Virus record (IMG/VR): IMGVR_UViG_3300034073_000667
Coordinates: 1 to 58,956 of that record
DNA: 58,956 nucleotides
Reading direction: 5' to 3' (one strand)
Source of the DNA: a virus
Taxonomy: Duplodnaviria > Caudoviricetes
This document shows, piece by piece, positions 18,592 to 28,186 of this stretch. A model generated the notes under the pieces. It did not search any database, had not been told where the DNA came from, and saw only the letters and a program-made list of their open reading frames with translations. Every line of letters starts with the position of its first letter. The stretch's first letter is position 1. Made by a program: the position numbers and the translations under genes.

Positions 18592-21500
18592 CAATGATTC
18601 AAGGTGCCAGCACAGGCGGCGGTTGCTTTCTTGGGCACACGATGGTGCGAACGCCTGACGGCGAACGTCGCATTGATGAGTTGCAGGTAGGCGATCAAGT
18701 CCTGAGTTTTGACGACAAGGGCGAGCTGCATACGGCAACAATTCTGAAGGTGCATGAGCACCCGAACGAGTGCGTCGTGCGTTATCAGCTTTGGGGAGGC
18801 GCCTTGCTGGATGCCACGCCAAACCACTGGGTGTTGAACCAGTTCAATGCTTTCGTTCCAATCGGGAGCCTTGGCAGTGATGACTGTCTGGTGGATGAGA
18901 ATAACCACTTGCGCCCAATTATCAACCGCGAAGACATAGGCACTGGCACTGTCTACAACTTGACCGTTAAAGGGCACCATACGTTTATCGCTGGTGGCAT
19001 CCGCGTTCATAACGCTGGTCTGGGTGTTGGCGCTATCCAGGGTGCTAGCACTGGCGGCGGCGGAAAGGGTGGCGGCGGCACAACTCACATCCCCTCAGAG
19101 GTTGATGACAGCCTGCAGTCGGTTCAATTTGCCAGCGTCCTCGACCTGATCAGCGAAGGCGAGATCGATGGCATTGAGGGCGGTGTGCAGGGCATCTACC
19201 TGGATGGCACGCCAGTCCAGAGCAGCGGCGGAATTGACAATTTCACGGGTTACACCGTCATCACCCGCACTGGCACGCAGGTTCAGAGCTACATCCCTAA
19301 CACCAACGGGATCGAATCAGAGCAGGCTGTGAACGTCGAGATCACGGCTGCTGCATCCGTCACCCGGCAGATCACTGATTCAGACGTTGATCGCGCTCGC
19401 ATTACGGTGCAGGTGCCAGCGCTGCAGATCATCGAGGATGACGGCGACATCGTTGGTCATAGCGTCAGCATCCGCTGCAGTGTGCAATACAACGGCGGCG
19501 GCTACACGACCGTTTTCGAGGACACGATCAGCGGCAAGACAACCAACGCCTATCAGCGCGACTACATCATCAGCCTGACCGGAGCATTTCCGGTTGACAT
19601 CCGCATGGAGCGGATCAGCGCTGATGAATCCAGTGCTCGTCGGCAAAATCGCACATTCTGGTTCAGCTACACCGAGATCATTGACGAGAAGTTCAGGTAT
19701 CCAAACAGCGCACTGGCCTTCCTGCGCTTCGACAGCCGCCAGTTCAAAGGCATCCCAGCCCGCAAGTACCTGGTGCGTGGCATCAAGGTGCAACTGCCAA
19801 GCAATGCCACGGTCGACACGACCACATACCTCGGCCGCGTTACCTACAGCGGCGTTTGGGATGGCACCTTCGGTGCTGCTACCTGGACCAACGACCCGGC
19901 ATGGTGCCTGTGGGATCTGCTGACGAACACCCGATACGGTGCAAGCATCCCGGCCAGCAGCCTGGATCGTTACGACTTCTACGCGATCAGCCAGTACTGC
20001 AACGAGCTGGTCAGCGACGGACGCGGCGGCCTAGAGCCACGGTTCAGTTGCAACATGCTGATCAACAGCAGGGACGAGGTTTACAACGTCATCCAGGAGT
20101 TCGTCGCCCTGTTCCGTGGTATTGCCTACTACGGCGCCGGCGCCATGGTAGTGCTGCAGGACAAGCCATCAGATCCGCAATACCTGTTGACCCCAGCCAA
20201 CGTGGTCGAGGGATTGTTTAACTACAGCGGTTCATCGCAGAAGGCACGGCACACGACTGCCACTGTTGCTTATCAGGATTATGACAACCTGGGCGAAGTG
20301 TCTTATGAGTATGTCGAGGATGCATCAGCCGTTGCCAAGTACGGCATCATCAACAAGGACATCAAGGCAGTCGGCTGCTACTCACAAGGGCAGGCGCACC
20401 GTGCTGGCAAGTGGGCGCTGCTGTCCGAGCAGAATCTAACCGAGACCGTCACTTTCTCAGTGTCGATCGACTCGGGCATCGTGCTGCGGCCTGGCATGGT
20501 GATCGACGTGGCCGATCCGGTCAAGGCTGGCAGCAGGCGCGGCGGCCGCATCGCAGCAGCCACAACCACAACCGTCACGCTGGACGACGCCACCGGCATC
20601 ACGCTCGGCACATCGCCCACGATCAGCGTCTTGCTGCCCACCGGCCTAGTCGAGACCCGCAGCGTCAGCACCCTGACTGCTGGTGTGATCACGGTCACGA
20701 GCGCGTTCAGCGAAGCGCCCAACCCCGAGAGCATCTGGGTCCTGCAGAACACCAGCCTGCAGACGCAGCAGTTCCGTGTCGTCAGTGTGGCTGAGGCCGA
20801 GGACGGCATCTACGGCGTGACTGCGCTGGCCTACAACAGCAGCATCTATGCCTCGATCGAGTCAGACATCAAGCTGCAGACACGAGACATCTCCAACCTG
20901 TCAGCTCTGCCTGCGTCGCCCACCGGCCTGACTGGCACGGAGCACCTGTACACCGACGGCCAGAACGTCCGCACCGCATTTGAGCTGAGCTGGGTACCGC
21001 CGACGCAATTGGTGCAGTCCTACCGGGTGATCTACCGGCTCGGCAACAACAACTGGTCGCAGATCGAGACCAATAGCCCCAGCACCCGCATCGAGGGCTT
21101 AGACGCTGGCACGCTGCAAGTCCGCGTCCAGTCGATCAACAGCCTCGGTGGTGTCAGTAATCCAGCTACAGCTACTTTCAACCTGATCGGCAAGACTGAG
21201 CCGCCTGGCAACGTCCAAAACCTGACGATCGAACCGATCAGCGCCAACAGCGCCCGCCTGCGGTGGGATGCCACGGTTGACCTGGACGTGCGTGTTGCTG
21301 GCCGTGTTCACATTCGCCACACCAACCGGACCAATGGCACCGGCACCTGGAGCAACAGCGTTGACTTAATCCCTGCAGTCGCCGGCTACAGCACCGAAGC
21401 CATCGTGCCGCTTGTCGAAGGCGAGATCCTAGTCAAGTTCGAGGATGACGGTGGCCGTCAGAGTCCGACCGAGGCGAGCGTGATCGTTGACTTCCCGGAT

Positions 21501-22322
21501 GCGCTCGGCAATCTGCTGGTGCAAAGCCGCCGAGAAGATGCAGACTCGCCGCCATTTCAAGGCAACAAAACAGATGTCTTTTACGACGAGGACTATGACG
21601 CGCTAACGCTTGACGGCAGCGACGAGCTAGATGATGTGCTTGATCTTGATTTGATCCCTGTGTTTGATCACATGGGACCAATCACCGGCTCTGGCACATA
21701 TGAGTTCCTTAATACCTTGGATTTGGGTGCGGTTTACGCATTGGACCTGTCACGGTTCTTTGTCACAAGCGGCTTCTATCCGAGTGATTTGATGGATAGC
21801 CGTACCGGCCTGGTCGATAGCTGGTCGGATTGGGATGGTGCCATTGTGGACAAGGTGAACAGCAAGCTGTACCTGAGACGCACTAACGACGATCCATCTG
21901 GGACGCCGACCTGGGCAAGCTGGCAGGAGTTCGTCAATGGCACGTTCTTGGGACGTGGCTTCCAGTTCAAAGCTGAGCTGATCAGCAACGACTCAGCGCA
22001 GAACATCCTGATCGATCAGCTCGGCTACGAAGCCACCTTCCAGCGCAGGACAGAGCAGTCGGTCGGTGCTGTCACCAGCGGCGCTGGCACCTACTCAGTG
22101 GCATTCGACAAAGCCTTCTTCACCGGCACTGCACTGCTTGGCGGCCTGAGCAGTAGCCTGCCCAGCATCGGCATCGTCGCGCAGAACATGGCGACAGGCG
22201 ATTACTTCAACGTGACCAACGTCACGAGCACCGGCTTTGACGTGACGTTCAGAAACAGCGCGGGCACTGCCGTCAGCAGGGATTTCCTATGGACTGCAGT
22301 GGGATTTGGCAAGGGCGCTTAA
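18588..22322 (+). CDS. Tail tip / central tail fibre protein J with N-terminal Hint domain
   Basis: DLISEGEI.G, YP.SA, WTNDPAW.L.D.LTN.RYG, EPRF.CN, GC.SQGQAHR.G.W motifs and FN3-like repeats; Hint domain at residues 13-142. Confidence 0.92.
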   Translation: MTMIQGASTGGGCFLGHTMVRTPDGERRIDELQVGDQVLSFDDKGELHTATILKVHEHPNECVVRYQLWGGALLDATPNHWVLNQFNAFVPIGSLGSDDCLVDENNHLRPIINREDIGTGTVYNLTVKGHHTFIAGGIRVHNAGLGVGAIQGASTGGGGKGGGGTTHIPSEVDDSLQSVQFASVLDLISEGEIDGIEGGVQGIYLDGTPVQSSGGIDNFTGYTVITRTGTQVQSYIPNTNGIESEQAVNVEITAAASVTRQITDSDVDRARITVQVPALQIIEDDGDIVGHSVSIRCSVQYNGGGYTTVFEDTISGKTTNAYQRDYIISLTGAFPVDIRMERISADESSARRQNRTFWFSYTEIIDEKFRYPNSALAFLRFDSRQFKGIPARKYLVRGIKVQLPSNATVDTTTYLGRVTYSGVWDGTFGAATWTNDPAWCLWDLLTNTRYGASIPASSLDRYDFYAISQYCNELVSDGRGGLEPRFSCNMLINSRDEVYNVIQEFVALFRGIAYYGAGAMVVLQDKPSDPQYLLTPANVVEGLFNYSGSSQKARHTTATVAYQDYDNLGEVSYEYVEDASAVAKYGIINKDIKAVGCYSQGQAHRAGKWALLSEQNLTETVTFSVSIDSGIVLRPGMVIDVADPVKAGSRRGGRIAAATTTTVTLDDATGITLGTSPTISVLLPTGLVETRSVSTLTAGVITVTSAFSEAPNPESIWVLQNTSLQTQQFRVVSVAEAEDGIYGVTALAYNSSIYASIESDIKLQTRDISNLSALPASPTGLTGTEHLYTDGQNVRTAFELSWVPPTQLVQSYRVIYRLGNNNWSQIETNSPSTRIEGLDAGTLQVRVQSINSLGGVSNPATATFNLIGKTEPPGNVQNLTIEPISANSARLRWDATVDLDVRVAGRVHIRHTNRTNGTGTWSNSVDLIPAVAGYSTEAIVPLVEGEILVKFEDDGGRQSPTEASVIVDFPDALGNLLVQSRREDADSPPFQGNKTDVFYDEDYDALTLDGSDELDDVLDLDLIPVFDHMGPITGSGTYEFLNTLDLGAVYALDLSRFFVTSGFYPSDLMDSRTGLVDSWSDWDGAIVDKVNSKLYLRRTNDDPSGTPTWASWQEFVNGTFLGRGFQFKAELISNDSAQNILIDQLGYEATFQRRTEQSVGAVTSGAGTYSVAFDKAFFTGTALLGGLSSSLPSIGIVAQNMATGDYFNVTNVTSTGFDVTFRNSAGTAVSRDFLWTAVGFGKGA
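18624..19013 (+). other. Hint (intein-like/BIL-type) domain, 130 aa
   Basis: Block A CFLGHTMV, block B ATPNH, block F VYNLTV, block G HTFIAGGIRVHN; +1 residue is Ala. Confidence 0.88.
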
Positions 22323-22345
22323 ACTGGTAGCAAAGTGGCCTAGCT

Positions 22346-24109
22346 ATGGCTCAACACGATTACGTCATCGCTAACGGCACTGGTGCAGCCGTCCGATCTG
22401 ACCTGAACAATGCGCTGGCGGCGATCGTCAGCCAGAACAGCGGCGCCACTGCACCGACCACGACCTACGCCTACATGCCCTGGGCGGATACCGGCAGCAG
22501 CCCGCCGGTGTTCAAGATCCGAAACGCCGCCAACAACGGCTGGATCACGCTTTACCAGCTCGACGGCGAGTGGAGCACTATTGCCCTGGAGAACGGAACG
22601 GCTGGGGCGCCGTCCATTTACTTCAAAGACAGCGGCACCGATACCGGCATCTACAGCCCTGGCACTGACCAGGTTGCCATCAGCACGGGCGGCACCAGCA
22701 GGCTGACCATTGACGCCAGCGGCAACGTCAACATCGACAGCAATACGCTGTACGTTGATGCTTCGAATAATCGAGTAGGTCTGGGGACTAGCAGCGTTGG
22801 CTCGCTATTGCACTTGAAGCAAGACATTGCCGAGTCTGCAACACTCAACGCAGCCGGAAGTCATCTTCAAATCAACTCAGGTTCAGGATCTGGTACAAAC
22901 TATAGATCCACCATATTCTTTGCACCGCTAAATAGTTCCGGCAACGGAAGCCCTGCCGCCATATCTGCAATTGCTAGCGGCAACACCAATTCATCACTTG
23001 GATTCTATACAAATCCAGCCAATGACTACAGCGGCATTCCTGATCTAAGGATGCTTATTGACTCCTCGGGCAACGTAGGGATTGGCACTACGAGTCCTAG
23101 CGCAACACTTCACGTTGTTGGCGATGCGCTCTTTACTAATGCCAGCCCCATCATCAACTTGCCAGGCAGTGCAGTGAATCAAACTGCCAAGCTTAGAAAC
23201 GCCAACGGCGGTAGTAGTGTTTTGCAGCTTGAGTCTGCGTCACTAGTTTTTGCTAATGATTCTTCTATAGAACGCGCCCGCATCGACAGCTCGGGACGCC
23301 TGTTAGTTGGCACGTCTTCTGACTCTCAAACAAGCACTCTTGTCTTGAAAGGTAACAGTGCTGGAGTTGCCAACGCTGGAACATTGCGGATTGAAAGAGG
23401 TCAAGGTGCCGGAAACATTACGTCCAGCAATATAGAACTAGGCACCATTGCGCTCGGTGGTTCTGCTATTCCTAGCGCACTTGTCCAAGCATATAGCGAT
23501 GGAAATTGGACCGCTGGGACATCTTATCCAACTCGTCTAGTGTTCTCCGTTACTGCTGATGGTTCGGCATCACCAACTGAAGCCATGCGTATCAATAACG
23601 CAGGCGAGCTTCTGGTTGGCTACACATCAGACAACGGTGCCTACAAGCTCCAAGTCAACAGTCAGATCTTTGCCACCAGTGCCACCATCGCCACTTCTGA
23701 TGGTCGGTATAAAGAAAACGTTGCTACACTCGGCGGATGCTTGGATCTCGTCAAGGCCCTGCGTCCGGTTAGCTTCACCTGGAAACCCCAAGAGGACATC
23801 ACTCGTATTGATGACGAAGGCAATGAAGTGTTGGTGCGTGAGGGGCATAACTTTCCCGAAGGCATTCAAGTTGGCTTTATCGCTCAAGAAGTGCAAGAGG
23901 TTCTGGCAGATAAACCTTGGATGAGTAGTGTCATCAAGGAAAACGTCCGCCCTGTTGTCAAGGACAACGAGGGCAATGAGTTGGCGCCAGAGGAACAGTT
24001 CTACGGCATTGCCGAGGGGAATCTGATCGCTGTGCTGACCAACGCTTTACAGGAAGCTGTTACCGAGATCGAAAGTCTCAAGGCTCGTTTAGACGCGGCA
24101 AACCTCTGA
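22346..24109 (+). CDS. Tail fibre protein with C-terminal intramolecular chaperone (peptidase S74-like)
   Basis: RIDSSGNVGIGT-type repeats; SD.RYKEN..LRPV.F.W..GFIAQEV..LTNALQE chaperone signature. Confidence 0.88.
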   Translation: MAQHDYVIANGTGAAVRSDLNNALAAIVSQNSGATAPTTTYAYMPWADTGSSPPVFKIRNAANNGWITLYQLDGEWSTIALENGTAGAPSIYFKDSGTDTGIYSPGTDQVAISTGGTSRLTIDASGNVNIDSNTLYVDASNNRVGLGTSSVGSLLHLKQDIAESATLNAAGSHLQINSGSGSGTNYRSTIFFAPLNSSGNGSPAAISAIASGNTNSSLGFYTNPANDYSGIPDLRMLIDSSGNVGIGTTSPSATLHVVGDALFTNASPIINLPGSAVNQTAKLRNANGGSSVLQLESASLVFANDSSIERARIDSSGRLLVGTSSDSQTSTLVLKGNSAGVANAGTLRIERGQGAGNITSSNIELGTIALGGSAIPSALVQAYSDGNWTAGTSYPTRLVFSVTADGSASPTEAMRINNAGELLVGYTSDNGAYKLQVNSQIFATSATIATSDGRYKENVATLGGCLDLVKALRPVSFTWKPQEDITRIDDEGNEVLVREGHNFPEGIQVGFIAQEVQEVLADKPWMSSVIKENVRPVVKDNEGNELAPEEQFYGIAEGNLIAVLTNALQEAVTEIESLKARLDAANL

Positions 24110-24238
24110 GTCCTACTCACATCGAGGTCTGGCTCAACTATCTGGAATCTCCGAATGGCTGGGCTTGACGCCGTGTGGTAGTGTGTTGGGGCAGCGGTGC
24201 GTCAACACCCTGCCCCTGGCCACGATCCCCTGGAGACC

Positions 24239-24598
24239 ATGACCCAAGAAGACTACAGGCATCCCATTGCCCCGCCGCCGGAGCTGGTGCGTCAATGGAT
24301 GGAGCGTACCGAGTACGACGAGCACACATGGTTTTACGAGAGCTACATAGCGGAGCAAGCCGCCCAATGGGGCGCAGACCAAGAGCTGGAGGCGTGCCTA
24401 AGGCTGGTTGAGATTGACGCAGGTGAGGATGCTTATGACTTTGCTCGCTACATCCGCGCCGCTCGCCGCCCCGAGCCTAAGCAGCCGAGCTTGAAGGAAC
24501 AGGCGCTGCTGGCCATTGACACCGCTGTCGCTGATGATCGTTTGTCAGCAGATGTTGCCAACGTTGTCCGCCGCGCACTGGAGCAGCTCGATGACTGA
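24239..24598 (+). CDS. Hypothetical protein
   Basis: ATG 24239; HPIAPPPELV.QW..AAQWGADQELEAC..PSLKEQAL; overlaps the next ORF. Confidence 0.6.
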   Translation: MTQEDYRHPIAPPPELVRQWMERTEYDEHTWFYESYIAEQAAQWGADQELEACLRLVEIDAGEDAYDFARYIRAARRPEPKQPSLKEQALLAIDTAVADDRLSADVANVVRRALEQLDD

Positions 24599-24860
24599 CT
24601 TTCGTGCGCTGTGCGCTGAGCTTGTTGACGAACTTGAAGACTGGATTGCTTACGGCGATTATGGCGACTGCGCCGATGCACATGCGGTTGTAGACCGCGC
24701 CCGCGCCGCCCTGGCCCAGCCCGAGCCGCAGGGGCCGACGCTTGCCGAGGTAGATGATCTGTGCGCAGAGCACAGCTTTATGTACGACGGTGGTGACGAA
24801 GGGCTGGAGTGCGTACATGCTCTAATCGTTGACGCCCTCGCTCTCTGGGGGTGCCAATGA
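24591..24860 (+). CDS. Hypothetical protein
   Basis: ATG 24591 begins MTDFRALCAEL..RARAALAQPEPQGPT; overlaps its neighbours. Confidence 0.6.
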   Translation: MTDFRALCAELVDELEDWIAYGDYGDCADAHAVVDRARAALAQPEPQGPTLAEVDDLCAEHSFMYDGGDEGLECVHALIVDALALWGCQ

Positions 24861-25096
24861 CTGACCGCACCCTTTCTCCCGCCGCCCAAGCGGTGTTGAC
24901 TGCCGTTATGCAGTACGAGATCAACCCTGAGTGTTGCTCACGGGAGATTGCCGCCGCCGCCCTGCGAGTTGCTGCAGATCAGGTATTAGCTGCTCAGTGG
25001 GAAGGACGAATACAACCCGATGCAGCGCACAGTCTCGGCATCAATTGGACCCGCGATGCGCTGCACGCCATCGCTGCCGAGCTTGAAGCCCAGTAG
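24857..25096 (+). CDS. Hypothetical protein
   Basis: ATGA overlap; LSPAAQAVL.A..IAAAALR.AADQV..AIAAELEA. Confidence 0.6.
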   Translation: MTDRTLSPAAQAVLTAVMQYEINPECCSREIAAAALRVAADQVLAAQWEGRIQPDAAHSLGINWTRDALHAIAAELEAQ

Positions 25097-25343
25097 CCAT
25101 TCCCACTAAAAATCATGACCACAAAATGGTACTGCGTCGTGCCCCACACACCCTGGGCTAAAGACGGAAAAGTCTTTTTATCCAACGACGAAGACAGTTT
25201 CTACACCCAAGAGTTCCAAAAACCGCGAAGAGCTGGAAGCTTTTATCCAGCAGTTGCGTGCCGCCGCTGATGAGGCGTGGCCAAGCTGAGTAGTCACCTT
25301 CACTAGACACCCGTCCTACACTTACACAGTCACCCACCGACCC

Positions 25344-25667
25344 ATGTCCGACACCACCTTTACCTGGGCCATCGCCAACCTGGAGCGCGAGACCAGCGAC
25401 GGCTTCGTTTTCACCGTCCACTACACCGTCAATGCCGCCGACGGCACCTACACCAGCGGCGCATACGGCAGCCTCGGCCTGGAACGCCCCGAGGATGACA
25501 TGGTGCCGTTTGCCGAGCTGACCGAAGAAATGGTCATCGGCTGGGTCAAGGATGCCTTTGGTGCCGAGAAAGTCACCGAAATCGAAGCCGCCCTGCAGGC
25601 GCAGCTCGACGAGCAGCACCATCCAAGCAAGGCCAGCGGGATGCCATGGCAGCAGGCGCTAACCTGA
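25344..25667 (+). CDS. Small tail-associated hypothetical protein
   Basis: FTWAIANLERE..DG.V..VHY..GS.GL..VPFAELT..V.GWVK; strong codon bias. Confidence 0.65.
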   Translation: MSDTTFTWAIANLERETSDGFVFTVHYTVNAADGTYTSGAYGSLGLERPEDDMVPFAELTEEMVIGWVKDAFGAEKVTEIEAALQAQLDEQHHPSKASGMPWQQALT

Positions 25668-25671
25668 GTGC

Positions 25672-25920
25672 ATGATCGAGCTGGTCGCTGCTGTTGCTGG
25701 GGCATCCATCAGCGTGGCTGCGATGGGTGCCATGGGGTTCAGCCGTCGCAATGACGAGGCCCGTGATGCAGTGATCCGGCTCACCGCTGCAGTGGAGCAC
25801 ATCGCCACGCAACTGGAGGTGCTCCACGGCGACATCCGCAGCGATCGTCAGGAAACGTTCAAGCGGTTGAATGGCGTCGAGCAGCGGGTGGCTACGCTAG
25901 AGGCACGCCCACACCGTTAG
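25672..25920 (+). CDS. Membrane-anchored coiled-coil protein (lysis region)
   Basis: N-terminal hydrophobic segment followed by a coiled coil (RLNGVEQRVATLE). Confidence 0.6.
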   Translation: MIELVAAVAGASISVAAMGAMGFSRRNDEARDAVIRLTAAVEHIATQLEVLHGDIRSDRQETFKRLNGVEQRVATLEARPHR

Positions 25921-25922
25921 TC

Positions 25923-26063
25923 ATGGACTTCCTGTCCCATCCTGCTTTTTGGATTGTTGTTGCTGCAGCCAGTGAGCTGATTGCACTGTCGCCGCTTAAG
26001 AGCAACAGTGTTGTTCAGCTTGTATTCCAAATCCTGAACCTGCTGAAAGTAAAGAAGGGCTAG
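25923..26063 (+). CDS. Putative holin (46 aa; not in the ORF track)
   Basis: MDFLSHPAFWIVVAAASELIALSPLKSNSVVQLVFQILNLLKVKKG: hydrophobic with a basic C-terminus, upstream of the endolysin. Confidence 0.6.
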   Translation: MDFLSHPAFWIVVAAASELIALSPLKSNSVVQLVFQILNLLKVKKG

Positions 26064-26247
26064 AGCTTGGCTGGCGGCGTTGGTGGTTTGAGCTGACTTT
26101 GCCTGCCAAGCTGGATACGGCTGAGGCGGATTGGCACGCGGCTCAACCTGCCGCGCCAGAGCCAATCATCACGCATGAGCCAATTGACGATGAGCTGCAG
26201 ACCGGCGACAGTCGGCTGCTAGGTGGTCCCATGAGCATCAAATCACC

Positions 26248-27306
26248 ATGGTCAAACTGACCGATCTGTTCCGGTACTACAAGCACGGCACGCCACACCA
26301 GATGGCGGCCATCTCTGAATTGGAAGCCGAACTATTAAAGGTTGCGCCGGAGCTGTTTAATAAGGATCAGCCGTGGTACAAAACCTGGCAGCAAGGCGGC
26401 AAGCTGCACGACTATGAAGCGGCAGCCAAGCTGATCAAAGAGTTCGAGGGCTGCCACCTGTCGGCTTACCCGGATCCGCTTAGCGGCGGCGATCCGTGGA
26501 CCATCGGCTATGGCACCACCAGGTACAGCGACGGCCGCAAGGTGCAGCGTGGTGACAAGATCACCGTCATCGAAGCGGCCAAGCTGTTGAACTTGGAGAT
26601 TGAGCGCATTGTCGAGAAGCTGCGCGCAACGGTGCCGTATTGGAACGCCATGAATGGCGACAAGCAGTCAGCACTGATCAGCTTTGCCTACAACCTAGGC
26701 AGCGGCTTCTACGGCAATCCTGGATTCGAGACGATCAGCAAGCGGTTGAAAGATAAAGACTGGAACGGCGTCCCCGAGGCCATGCTGCTGTACCGCAATC
26801 CTGGTACTAACGTCGAGGCTGGCCTGCTGCGCAGGCGGCAGGCTGAAGGCCGGCTATGGGGTGAAGGTGCGCAACAGTTGCCGTACAAGGTAAAGCCAAG
26901 CGATCCGTTCGGCACCAAGCTGTCGGCGCATTTCACCCTTGGCGAGTTTGCGTTAGGTGATCCTGCCCGCCGGTTTGTTGCCCAGCATCAGGTTGACACC
27001 GCAGCCGAGCTGTCGGCGTTCTTGGAGCGCGTCCGCACCGCATTTGGCGGCAAGCGCATCACGATCACCAGTGGTTACCGGCCAGCAGCGATTAACCGCG
27101 CTGTTGGCGGCGCCTCGGGCAGTGAGCACCTATATGACGCGCTTGGTGTCGGAGCCGTGGATTTTTACGTCGATGGCGTGGACATTAACAAGGTGCAGGC
27201 ATGGGTTGATCGGGAATGGCCATATAGCGTTGGCTATGGCGCACCAAAGGGATTCGTTCATCTAGGCATACGCAAAGGCCGGCCGCGCGTGCGCTGGGTC
27301 TATTAG
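26248..27306 (+). CDS. Endolysin: GH24 lysozyme + peptidase M15-like domain
   Basis: IKEFEG....Y.D....WTIGYGT..ALISFAYN.G..RRR.AE; ITSGYR..SEH..AVD..FVHLG. Confidence 0.88.
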   Translation: MVKLTDLFRYYKHGTPHQMAAISELEAELLKVAPELFNKDQPWYKTWQQGGKLHDYEAAAKLIKEFEGCHLSAYPDPLSGGDPWTIGYGTTRYSDGRKVQRGDKITVIEAAKLLNLEIERIVEKLRATVPYWNAMNGDKQSALISFAYNLGSGFYGNPGFETISKRLKDKDWNGVPEAMLLYRNPGTNVEAGLLRRRQAEGRLWGEGAQQLPYKVKPSDPFGTKLSAHFTLGEFALGDPARRFVAQHQVDTAAELSAFLERVRTAFGGKRITITSGYRPAAINRAVGGASGSEHLYDALGVGAVDFYVDGVDINKVQAWVDREWPYSVGYGAPKGFVHLGIRKGRPRVRWVY

Positions 27307-27334
27307 ACTTGCTGTGTAAGCCGCTACCAACGGC

Positions 27335-28186
27335 ATGGCGATTACTGCTTCAAGAGTATCGCCAGAATTATTGGAGATACGGATACCGTACAGCAGTACA
27401 AAGGAAGAAGCAACCTTTCTGCTTCTTTCTGACATCCACCTTGACAATCCAAAATGCAACCGCAAGTTGCTGCTGCAGCACCTTGAGGAGTGCAAAGCGA
27501 TTGGCGGTCATGTGCTGATGTTTGGCGATGTGCTATGCCTGATGCAAGGCAAAAAGGACAGGCGCGGCAGCAAAGGCGACATCAGGCCAGAGCACCTAGG
27601 CGGCAACTATTTTGATCTGGTGTTCCGTGAGTCGGCAGATTTGCTCAAGCCATACGGCGACATGATTTTGATGATGGGCGACGGCAACCACGAGACCGCC
27701 GTGCTCAACAATCAAGAGATCGACCCGCTAGAGAATGTGGTGCGGCTCATGCGCAACGACGGCGCCGTCACCGAGCACATGGGCTATCAGGGCTTTATAC
27801 GGTTTGCGTTCCGGCAGTCGGCTGGTCGTACACGCCGCTGCACGTTGTTCTTCCATCATGGTGCATGGGGCGGCATCGTCACCAAAGGCACTATGGGCGG
27901 TGGCCGGTATGCGCAGATTGCGCCTGATGCTGACATCATGGTCAATGGCCACAACCATGAACGCAGCATCGTTGCACACCCGTGCTACCGCATCGCAGAG
28001 AATGGCAAGGCATGGATTGAGCAGCGTTGGCACCTGCAAACTGGCACCTACAAGCAAGAGTTTGGCGCTACAGGCGGTTGGGCAATTGAGCGCATCGTGA
28101 TGCCTAAGTCACTTGGCGGCATCTGGCTAACGCTGCGACCACGGGAACGCGGCGGCGTTGACATCACCTGCAGGCCAACCGTATGA
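27335..28186 (+). CDS. Calcineurin-like metallophosphoesterase
   Basis: SDIH, GD, GNHE, HHG and GHNH metal-binding motifs. Confidence 0.85.
   Translation: MAITASRVSPELLEIRIPYSSTKEEATFLLLSDIHLDNPKCNRKLLLQHLEECKAIGGHVLMFGDVLCLMQGKKDRRGSKGDIRPEHLGGNYFDLVFRESADLLKPYGDMILMMGDGNHETAVLNNQEIDPLENVVRLMRNDGAVTEHMGYQGFIRFAFRQSAGRTRRCTLFFHHGAWGGIVTKGTMGGGRYAQIAPDADIMVNGHNHERSIVAHPCYRIAENGKAWIEQRWHLQTGTYKQEFGATGGWAIERIVMPKSLGGIWLTLRPRERGGVDITCRPTV

Noticed and set aside
18624-19013. Canonical mobile intein in J
   Set aside because: No homing endonuclease domain and the +1 residue is Ala; treated as an intein-like Hint domain instead
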